Shown: piece after piece, positions 56,845-64,000 of the stretch | Layout: each line of letters starts with the position of its first letter | How positions within the stretch are numbered: the stretch's first letter is position 1 | Assembly (NCBI GenBank): GCA_963675755.2 | Contig: CAXXMD010000003.1 | Location: 384,001-448,000 of the forward strand | DNA length: 64,000 bases | Direction of reading: 5' to 3' | Source: a bacterium | Lineage (GTDB): Bacteria > Zhuqueibacterota > Zhuqueibacteria > Residuimicrobiales > Krinioviventaceae | Made by a program: the position numbers and the translations under genes | The notes under the pieces: model-generated | Databases searched by the model: none | What the model saw: the letters and a program-made list of their open reading frames with translations, nothing else | What the model was told of the DNA's origin: nothing

Positions 56845-58683
56845 ATGCGTAAAAATGATTTTAGAAATGTAGCTATTATCGCTCACGTTGACCATGGTAA
56901 AACCACCCTGGTAGACGGCATGTTGAAACAAAGCGGTATCTTTCACGAAAAACAAGAAGTTGCCGACAGAGTCATGGATTCCATGGACCTTGAACGTGAG
57001 CGTGGTATCACTATTATGGCTAAAAACACTGCCATCTGGTATAATGACATAAAGATCAATATTGTAGATACCCCCGGTCACGCCGACTTTGGCGGTGAGG
57101 TGGAGCGTAGCTTGAATCTGGTTGACGGCGCTATCCTGCTGGTGGATGCCAGCGAAGGCCCCCTGCCACAGACCCGTTTTGTAGTTAAAAAAGCCCTGGC
57201 CAAAAAATTGCCCATCATCCTGGTGATTAACAAGATCGACCGTCCCGATTCCCGTATTCAGGATGTGATCAACGAAGTGTATGACCTGTTCATCGATCTG
57301 GACGCCACTGAGGAACAGATCGAATTCCCCATTCTCTACACCAACGCCAAAGCAGGTGTCGCACATCTCGACCTTGAAGATGGCTCTGAAAACCTCAAAC
57401 CCATGTTTGAAACCATCGTCAAAAATGTTCCAGGACCCAAAGCAGACGATAACGCCATTCCGCAATTGCTGGTCACCAACCTGGATTACGACTCTTTTGT
57501 AGGTCAAATTGCCGTAGGCCGTTTGGAAAACGGTACTCTGGAAATGAACAAGCAATACACGCTGTGCGGCGAGCATGAGAACCGTACCGGTATTAAATTC
57601 TCTGCCTTGTATACCTTTCAAAATCTGGGCAAGAAAAAAGTGGACAAGGTGGTTGCAGGCGATATTATTGCCCTGGCCGGTGTTGATGGAATTCGCATTG
57701 GTGATACCATTTCCGATCTGGAAAATCCACAGCCAATGGAACGTATCCATGTGGATGAACCCACCGTATCCATGGTATTTTACGTTAACAACAGTCCCTT
57801 TGCCGGCAAGGAAGGCAAGTTCCTGACATCACGTCACATCAAAGAACGCCTGGACAAGGAAACACTTGGTAACGTGGCTATTGATGTTGAAGAAATGGAA
57901 CGTACCGATGCATTCAATGTTATGGGTCGTGGTGAGCTGCAAATGGCCGTATTGATTGAAACCATGCGTCGTGAAGGTTACGAATTTGCCGTTTCCAAAC
58001 CACAGGTTATTACCAAAGAAATTGATGACAAAACACACGAACCCGTAGAGCACGTTTTTATCGATGTGCCGGAAGAATATGTGGGTGTAGTTACTGAAAA
58101 ATTGTCTAAACGCAGGGGCAAGCTCAACAATCTGGTGAATCACGGGCACGGACGTGTGAATCTCGAATTTCTCATCCCCTCACGCGGTCTTATTGGCTTT
58201 CGCAGCCACTTTTTGACAGACACAAAAGGATCAGGCGTGATGAACTCGATCTTTCACGGATACGCACCCTGGTTTGGCGCCATTCCCCAGCGCGCGAGCG
58301 GCGCACTGGTAGCCGACCGCCCCGGACGTGTAAATACTTATGCCAGCCTTGCCATGGTAGACCGCGGAGAGCTGTTTATTGAAGTGGGTACCGAAGTATA
58401 TGAAGGCATGATCATTGGTGAACGCAACCGCAGCGAAGACCTGGATGTCAATATTACCAAAGAAAAGAAACTCACCAACATGCGTAGTTCAACATCCGAA
58501 GCCACTGTAACTTTGCGTCCCCCGCGTATGCTCAGCCTGGACCAGTGTATCGAATTTATTGCAGAAGATGAAGTGGTTGAAGTTACCCCCCAAAGTATCC
58601 GCATGAGCAAAATGGAACGCGACAAACAAAAACGCGCGTCAATCCGTAAAAAAGAAAAATGGGCTAACAACATGGAAGAATAA
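56845..58683 (+). CDS. typA: Translational GTPase TypA/BipA
   Basis: [54 protein letters not shown]. Confidence 0.98.
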   Translation: MRKNDFRNVAIIAHVDHGKTTLVDGMLKQSGIFHEKQEVADRVMDSMDLERERGITIMAKNTAIWYNDIKINIVDTPGHADFGGEVERSLNLVDGAILLVDASEGPLPQTRFVVKKALAKKLPIILVINKIDRPDSRIQDVINEVYDLFIDLDATEEQIEFPILYTNAKAGVAHLDLEDGSENLKPMFETIVKNVPGPKADDNAIPQLLVTNLDYDSFVGQIAVGRLENGTLEMNKQYTLCGEHENRTGIKFSALYTFQNLGKKKVDKVVAGDIIALAGVDGIRIGDTISDLENPQPMERIHVDEPTVSMVFYVNNSPFAGKEGKFLTSRHIKERLDKETLGNVAIDVEEMERTDAFNVMGRGELQMAVLIETMRREGYEFAVSKPQVITKEIDDKTHEPVEHVFIDVPEEYVGVVTEKLSKRRGKLNNLVNHGHGRVNLEFLIPSRGLIGFRSHFLTDTKGSGVMNSIFHGYAPWFGAIPQRASGALVADRPGRVNTYASLAMVDRGELFIEVGTEVYEGMIIGERNRSEDLDVNITKEKKLTNMRSSTSEATVTLRPPRMLSLDQCIEFIAEDEVVEVTPQSIRMSKMERDKQKRASIRKKEKWANNMEE

Positions 58684-58726
58684 GCTTTTGCGAGATGACA
58701 AACGTTAGATAAAGTATAAATTCTTG

Positions 58727-58764
58727 AATACCCGGGAGGTCCATGACTCTCGGGTATTTTTTTT
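58727..58764 (+). terminator. Terminator after typA
   Basis: AATACCCGGGAG...CTCTCGGGTATT followed by a T run. Confidence 0.85.
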
Positions 58765-58860
58765 GATCCCACTCCCGAAAATTCTTTACATACCTACCCT
58801 GACTTTTACTCATCCTCACCTTGTTATTGATTCTCTATAAATTATTTTGTATACTAGAAT

Positions 58861-59058
58861 ATGGAGAAATTTAAATTAGACAAATCCTCATTTTCAATTG
58901 CTTCCATTCATGATCAGGGCAATGATAAAGCGTATTGGCAATCGAAAACGCCCCTGGAAAGACTGGAAGCCCTGGAATTGATGAGACAGGTGCTTTATGG
59001 CTACGATCCGGCCACCCTCAGACTCGAAAGAGTTCTTGAGATTGTTGAACGAAAATAA
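58861..59058 (+). CDS. Small conserved hypothetical protein (YWxSKTPxERLEALE type), putative antitoxin-like partner of nucleotidyltransferase genes
   Basis: 65 aa, DKAYWQSKTPLERLEALELMRQVLYGYDP..RLERVLEIV; family association recalled, not verified. Confidence 0.65.
   Translation: MEKFKLDKSSFSIASIHDQGNDKAYWQSKTPLERLEALELMRQVLYGYDPATLRLERVLEIVERK
58998..59052 (+). repeat. 55-bp direct repeat, copy 1
   Basis: TGGCTACGATCCGGCCACCCTCAGACTCGAAAGAGTTCTTGAGATTGTTGAACGA; 51 of 55 bases identical to 59753-59807. Confidence 0.9.
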
Positions 59059-59159
59059 TGTCAGATAGTGGATTTTGAAAACGGTTATAAAATTAAAATC
59101 ATGGGGACCCGCAAGTTAACTAAAAGCCCAACGGGATATAATAAAAAAGATCGTAAATA

Positions 59160-59399
59160 TCAGCGACTCAATTTCTGTTTTTCAACATATTCATCCAACA
59201 GGTTTCGTATCATCTTTTGATATTGTGTACTGTGTTTTTGCGCAATTTCTTTGAAAAAATCGACACTACTTTTACTCAAAGATATTGTAATTTTCACAGT
59301 TTCTTCTTTAAAAGCCAGTTCTTCCGGTGACGGAAGAAAATCTGTCACAACCTGCACATTATCCATTGGCTCATCAGTATATTTTATTTTCTTTTTCAT
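59160..59399 (-). CDS. BrnA/CopG-like antitoxin
   Basis: MKKKIKYTDEP..DFLPSPEEL..KITISLSKSSVDFFK..YQKMIRNLLDEY (ribbon-helix-helix); overlaps the toxin gene. Confidence 0.85.
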   Translation of the reverse strand: MKKKIKYTDEPMDNVQVVTDFLPSPEELAFKEETVKITISLSKSSVDFFKEIAQKHSTQYQKMIRNLLDEYVEKQKLSR

Positions 59400-59664
59400 A
59401 TATTTTTTTACCCTTTCTCCAATACCCAGCCCCAAATATTCGGATTTTGTTATTACGATATGTAAAACGAACAGTCAAGATACCGTCATTCACTTTTCCG
59501 ATACAATAAAACCTGTCTTCATCAAGACTATGATTCAAATCTCTTAGAATGACACGATCATGATCAGAAAAAGCATATTGGGCCTGTAAAAAGGTTACTC
59601 CATGCTTTAGTATATTCTCTTTATTTTTAACATCATCCCATTCAAAACTAGATGATTTATTCAT
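59374..59664 (-). CDS. brnT: BrnT-family ribonuclease toxin
   Basis: FEWDDVKNKENILKHGVTF, HSLDEDRFYCIG, TVRFTYR..IRIFGA. Confidence 0.9.
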   Translation of the reverse strand: MNKSSSFEWDDVKNKENILKHGVTFLQAQYAFSDHDRVILRDLNHSLDEDRFYCIGKVNDGILTVRFTYRNNKIRIFGAGYWRKGKKIYEKENKIY

Positions 59665-59747
59665 ATCTTTATTATACCTATTGTCAATATAAAAAGCAAT
59701 AATTTTATATGGCTATTTGTAAATATCATTCACTTGAACATTATAAA

Positions 59748-59810
59748 TCAGGTGGCTACGATCCGACTAACCTCAGACTCGAAAGCGTTCTTGAGATTGT
59801 TGAACGATAA
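59748..59810 (+). pseudogene. Degenerate 3' fragment of the 58861-59058 gene (direct repeat copy 2 at 59753-59807)
   Basis: Encodes GYDPTNLRLESVLEIVER-stop; upstream CAGGTGGC equals CAGGTGCTTTATGGC with a 7-bp deletion. Confidence 0.75.
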
Positions 59811-59815
59811 CAGTT

Positions 59816-60754
59816 CTAAAAATCATTCCCCGTCACTAAATCTATCTCATATACATATTCCCCGGTTTCCATTGCTGTATCATAAAAATACCGGGGATAA
59901 TAGGACGTATTCAATGTATCTTTAATCATAATATAAGCATCACCTTCGACAACAATTCCATCGTCAGTTATGTCAGACAGCTTTAGTTCTAATGGCCAGA
60001 GCATCCCTTCTTTCGGATTATAGATATTAATATAAAATGTATCCAAATCCGAATAAGAAAACGCGTATCCCCCACTGCCTACAAGTTGATAGATTAATCC
60101 ATCTTGGAAATATTTTACATTATCATCAAGCTGATGCTTTTCTTTTAAAAAATTAAACACCTCTTCATCAACACCTACGCTTTTATTAAGGTAATCTGAC
60201 AAGCTGATTTTGTCACCAAAGGGCCATTCTTCCAATATGGCTTTTGAACGAATGGTCACATTTCCCATATCAACACTGTTCGTTAACGTATTTATATACT
60301 CATCCAAATACCCAAAAATATTTCTCAATTTTACTTTTACAGTCGTATCAGACATGACATAATTTATATAATGAGTAGATAAATATATTGAATTTGATCT
60401 GGTGGCAGATTCAAATTCAAGCCTCACATTAATACCATCCATTATTTGCTGATCAGGCATATATAGAGAATCTAGCTCAAAAAAGTCGTTTTCAACAAAC
60501 AACTCGTAAATCCCTAAAAGACTTTGGTCATCCATTTCACTTTTAATATTGTAGGATCTCCCGGTGTACTTCACTTCCTTGTCTTCAAATATCCACAGGG
60601 TTTTGTTCATCCCTCCAAAGCCGCCTGAGATATTGTATACAAGATTATAATTTTCATAGATATTGGGTTCGGTTGCTGAATACTCTTTGCAATTCAAGAA
60701 CACAAAGGACATAAAAACAGAGAACAGCACAACACATTGTTTTAAAAACTGCAT
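59816..60754 (-). CDS. Hypothetical lipoprotein with an SGGFGG-containing N-terminal domain and a duplicated WP-containing C-terminal module
   Basis: FLNC lipobox; YNISGGFGGMNKTL; repeats EWPFGDKISLSD and LWPLELKLSD. Confidence 0.72.
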   Translation of the reverse strand: MQFLKQCVVLFSVFMSFVFLNCKEYSATEPNIYENYNLVYNISGGFGGMNKTLWIFEDKEVKYTGRSYNIKSEMDDQSLLGIYELFVENDFFELDSLYMPDQQIMDGINVRLEFESATRSNSIYLSTHYINYVMSDTTVKVKLRNIFGYLDEYINTLTNSVDMGNVTIRSKAILEEWPFGDKISLSDYLNKSVGVDEEVFNFLKEKHQLDDNVKYFQDGLIYQLVGSGGYAFSYSDLDTFYINIYNPKEGMLWPLELKLSDITDDGIVVEGDAYIMIKDTLNTSYYPRYFYDTAMETGEYVYEIDLVTGNDF

Positions 60755-60888
60755 ACTTGCCTCCCCATAATTTCAATATTTATATTATCTTGATTTTAAA
60801 AGTCAGAATCCCGCCCCTGAAATCCCCATATCGTTTTCATTGCAATAATTAAATAACAATATTCTCACCCATAAATGCAAGAAAATTA

Positions 60889-61557
60889 TTAAAGCCCTAC
60901 TATCAGGCTTATCGTATGCAGCCCCATATTAAACTCGATCGCGTCCGGTTGGCGCAACGTGCTGTGTGTATATCGTAAACCGATGGACATATCCAGCACA
61001 TTCCAATCCAACCCGCAAATATATCCCACGGTAGAACTGTCCAGAATTGGTTTTACAATTCCCGGATCTTCGATGGTCCTCACATCAACATGCCCATGAT
61101 AATAGCCATCGGATTCGTATGGATCAAAAATAGTTTTATGTGATTTGCTTGTAACATTATCGTACACACCAAACATGAGCGAGGGCCCCATATAGAATTT
61201 TAATCGGGAGCAGGTATAAGGGACTGGTAATTTTATCATCAACGGAATTTGAACAAATACCTGTTCTACTTTAAAATCTGCGAGTCTCACATATCCCGGA
61301 TAGCTTGACCTGATTTTATTCCACATTTCTGTTTGCCGATAGACCAGGTTGATCTCTGATTCAAGCTTGAGAGACCTGCTCAGCCCCCACTCTGCTCCCC
61401 AACCCAGCACATATCCCAGTGGCTGAGATGTACCCGCCGCATCGATTTTTGAATAATTGACACCCACACTAACACCCAGCGATTTTGCTCCGGACGTGTT
61501 AGGAATCAGCAAAAAGCACAAACATAAAAAGAAAATACAACGTTTAACTTTTATCAT
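60889..61557 (-). CDS. Small outer-membrane beta-barrel protein (PorT-like)
   Basis: Signal peptide ending SGA; LGVSVGVNYS; FVQIPLMIK; FYMGPSLMF; alternating beta-strand pattern. Confidence 0.75.
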   Translation of the reverse strand: MIKVKRCIFFLCLCFLLIPNTSGAKSLGVSVGVNYSKIDAAGTSQPLGYVLGWGAEWGLSRSLKLESEINLVYRQTEMWNKIRSSYPGYVRLADFKVEQVFVQIPLMIKLPVPYTCSRLKFYMGPSLMFGVYDNVTSKSHKTIFDPYESDGYYHGHVDVRTIEDPGIVKPILDSSTVGYICGLDWNVLDMSIGLRYTHSTLRQPDAIEFNMGLHTISLIVGL

Positions 61558-62017
61558 GGCATCCCCAAAAGTTGAAATAGATATGTTTCCCCGTTTCATA
61601 ATATAAACGCGTATCGTAATAAATGCAACAATAATTCTGATTGAAAATCAATAAACCTAGAGCAGATGAACGGGAAAAATCCATCAAAATCCTTTTCTGT
61701 TTTGTAACTTTTTCATATATTTGCGTATATTGTATCTCAATGGGATGATACACTATCATTCAAACCATAATCAATTTTTGGAACAATTTTCGCCTTTATG
61801 ACTACATCTATAAATGCAGATTAACACATATTTGATCAACCAGTAATACTGTTGAAAACAGTGTTGTATTGGGGCGGTTTTCATTTATGAGAGCCATATA
61901 AACGTATGGCTATACCCAAAATCTGTTGGATGTATAACACCCCCTTTTCAAGTATTTCCAACAAAATCATAAACCATAATTCACTGTAATTACTGAACAG
62001 CACAGGAGAAATGTGCC

Positions 62018-62794
62018 ATGACAAACGTACGTTTTGTTAAATCAAAAAAGTATGACGACTATGATACCATTTACGCACAATGCAGCGGTCCGGGTGGATT
62101 GCAGCTTGCCGAGTTTCTGGCGGAGAAAATGAAACTGCAATCCGGCAAAAAACTGCTGGACGTGGGCTGCAACCGCGGTTACCAAACATGTTTTCTCGCC
62201 AAAGAATATGATGTGTTCACCGTGGGAATCGATCCCTGGGACGACCGCGAGCAGGGCAATCCGATGGTTGAACATTTTCTGCAAAACGCGGAACACTGGG
62301 GTGTAACGGACAAGGTGCTGGGACTCTATCTCGGCGTTCCGGATACTCCCTTTGCGCGGGCATCATTTGACTATGCCTATTCAACCACAGCGTTAGAGAT
62401 GGTACGCGTCTCGCAGGGCACGGACAAGTACCTGGAATGTATCCGCGATATCTACCGGGTGCTGAAACCGGGCGGCATGTTTGGCCTGGGTGAGCCCATG
62501 CATCTGGATGTTGAAGTACCGCCGGATCTCGATCCCTATATCTCTCGCGGAGAATACCCGTGGAAATCCTGTTTCCGCGACCTCAAAAGCACCATCGACG
62601 AGGTCAAAGCCGCGGGATTCGAAATTGTAGAAGCGGATTACGCACCGGATGCCTGGCAATGGTGGATGGATTTTGCCAAACATGATCCCTTTTGCAAAGC
62701 AGACCCGGACGATGATCCGCTGACCCTGCAAATCGACAACGGTCGCTGGACGAGTTTCGGTTATATCATTGCCCGAAAACCGGAGAATGATTAA
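62018..62794 (+). CDS. Class I SAM-dependent methyltransferase
   Basis: LLDVGCNRG, VGID, PFARASFDYAYS, YRVLKPGG; AGGAG RBS. Confidence 0.9.
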   Translation: MTNVRFVKSKKYDDYDTIYAQCSGPGGLQLAEFLAEKMKLQSGKKLLDVGCNRGYQTCFLAKEYDVFTVGIDPWDDREQGNPMVEHFLQNAEHWGVTDKVLGLYLGVPDTPFARASFDYAYSTTALEMVRVSQGTDKYLECIRDIYRVLKPGGMFGLGEPMHLDVEVPPDLDPYISRGEYPWKSCFRDLKSTIDEVKAAGFEIVEADYAPDAWQWWMDFAKHDPFCKADPDDDPLTLQIDNGRWTSFGYIIARKPEND

Positions 62795-62809
62795 CTGCAT
62801 CTTGTATTC

Positions 62810-62849
62810 CCCGTCCCGAGGGGGGTGGCTCCAAGGGACGGGTATTTTA
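62810..62849 (+). terminator. Hairpin after the methyltransferase (terminator or REP remnant)
   Basis: CCCGTCCC...GGGACGGG followed by TATTTTA; long G-rich loop. Confidence 0.5.
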
Positions 62850-63083
62850 TCATATCTATTCGATTTACACCGGTCTATTCTCCTCCTTTTACTGCGTCTC
62901 AACTCCTTAGCCTGTGTGAAAACTAGAAAACAATTGTACTTTTTGGAGTGCAGCGCCTTTATGCGCGTGACCGCCTACCGGCGGTATGCGTCGGGCCGAA
63001 GGTCCGATATATATTTGGCTTCATTTACAATTATTAAGTAATTAATGTGTTATTTTAAATTCAATATTTTCATGAAAATTTAC

Positions 63084-63194
63084 TGCGTCCCAAACTCCTG
63101 TTTGGGACGCAAATGATATTGATAAACTCTGTTTATCTAATTAAAAAAACAGAGTTTATATTTCTAGTGCTGCCCGATCCGTCAGTTGGCGGAT
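63084..63194. repeat. REP/REPIN-like palindrome cluster
   Basis: TGCGTCCCAAAC-TCCT-GTTTGGGACGCA (63084-63111), GATAAAC-TCT-GTTTATC (63121-63137), AAACAGAGTTT, ATCCGTCAGTTGGCGGAT (63177-63194). Confidence 0.7.
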
Positions 63195-63414
63195 AGGTCG
63201 GAGAAAACAATGGGAAATACATTTGATATTTTGGTTCATTAATATTTGTTTTTAAATTTTTACAAAAATCATTGCATCTTATCATTAAAAACATTTTATT
63301 TCATTATACTTGATTAATAAAGGGGTTTACGGGGCATTTATATTATCATTTGTTAATTTTATCATAATAAAACAAACTTTAGTGTATTTATTTTACTAAT
63401 GTGGGAGTAAAATC

Positions 63415-64000
63415 ATGAAACACTTTAAAGGGAAAATCACACGATTAATTAAATTAATTAATGAGAAATTTCCAGATAATGATGACTTGTATGGCTTCGC
63501 CGGTATAAACAAAAATCTACTCGTAGTAACTTTTGAGAGTATATACAGCATTGCTTGTGAAATTGATGAAAATAATGAACAATATCAATTTGAAATAATC
63601 GCATTAAAGCGTCTGGGTGCTGATGTGATTGAACAATTTAAAAACTTTATTGACCGAATTGATAATAATTATGAAATCGAAATTGAATTTAACCAATTAC
63701 TGCACAAATTAAGTGACCTATACGAAAAAACAAAAATTGTATATTTTATCATAAATAAAAATGGAATAAGAAATGATATCGAATTAAGCATAATCAAAGA
63801 AAAAATAGAAAATTTTTCTGATGAGGCAAAAAATTTTGAGGAAGTTTTAACACAAATAAAAGAGAAATCTCAAGAAAGCAATAACCTTCTCGAAAATATA
63901 AAAACAGCAGACAACTATGTAAAAGAAGCAGAAGAAAAAATTAAAAAATGGGAATCATCGGCTGAAAATAATTTTAATTCAATTAGCGACACTTATGACA
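63415..64000 (+). CDS. AT-rich hypothetical protein with coiled-coil character, runs off the right edge
   Basis: GGGAG RBS then ATG at 63415; open frame MKHFKGKITRLIKLINEKFPDNDDLYGFAG... to the window end. Confidence 0.75.
   Translation, partial: MKHFKGKITRLIKLINEKFPDNDDLYGFAGINKNLLVVTFESIYSIACEIDENNEQYQFEIIALKRLGADVIEQFKNFIDRIDNNYEIEIEFNQLLHKLSDLYEKTKIVYFIINKNGIRNDIELSIIKEKIENFSDEAKNFEEVLTQIKEKSQESNNLLENIKTADNYVKEAEEKIKKWESSAENNFNSISDTYD

Noticed and set aside
58998-59807. The 55-bp direct repeats as prophage or ICE att sites
   Set aside because: No integrase, no tRNA target, only 755 bp spanned, and the repeat is coding sequence of a small gene.
61544-61759. 71-aa ORF upstream of the beta-barrel gene, and the 62769-63041 ORF
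   Set aside because: Both run through AT-rich or palindromic intergenic DNA and have no motifs or convincing RBS.
61861-63007. Hairpins near the methyltransferase as integron attC sites
   Set aside because: The GTT and AAC boxes are in the wrong order or missing, and there is no intI or repeated cassette structure.
18-63041. Numerous 60-320 aa ORFs antisense to or nested in annotated genes (e.g. 22340-23005 +, 39883-40515 -, 56779-57750 -)
   Set aside because: They are shadows of well-supported genes on the other strand or frame, with no RBS or recognisable motifs.

Overview
Chromosomal, largely core-genome window from a Gram-negative bacterium. The FlgD/T9SS-like 'QNYPNPFNP' C-terminal domain, Tat lipoproteins and many carbohydrate enzymes suggest an FCB-group anaerobe such as KSB1 or Calditrichota; this is an inference. 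From left to right it holds: (i) a MacAB-like ABC exporter and a YqhD-like alcohol dehydrogenase; (ii) a sigma54 module (PAS kinase plus NtrC-type regulator) upstream of a truncated FapA-like gene, cheW and an MCP, with a readable -24/-12 promoter, IHF site and two identical 19-bp enhancer palindromes; (iii) a ~22-kb minus-strand glycan locus without SusC/D (LacI, divergent RhaI-type isomerase, NCS1-type permease, esterase, two sulfatases, UroD-fold Zn-methyltransferase-like protein, SSS symporter, GH140, CBM9-DUF5916, GH106, AAC(3)-family acetyltransferase, two GH109); (iv) an OPT transporter and a second sigma54 module (cupin, K+ channel, GAF-EBP) pointing at a secreted HEAT-repeat protein; (v) pdp and rmlC followed by a His-rich leader ORF ending in RAPP, a His-rich lipoprotein and a ZnuD-like TonB-dependent receptor; (vi) tmRNA, secreted and outer-membrane proteins, TrmB and typA; (vii) a variable right end with a brnTA pair flanked by 55-bp direct repeats and clusters of REP-like palindromes. 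No CRISPR array, rRNA, tRNA, integrase or transposase was seen. The best candidates for novel systems are the RAPP arrest-peptide metal-uptake module, the two sigma54 circuits (possibly linked), and the UroD-like and AAC(3)-like enzymes inside the glycan locus. All family assignments come from motif recognition by eye; no database searches were run.
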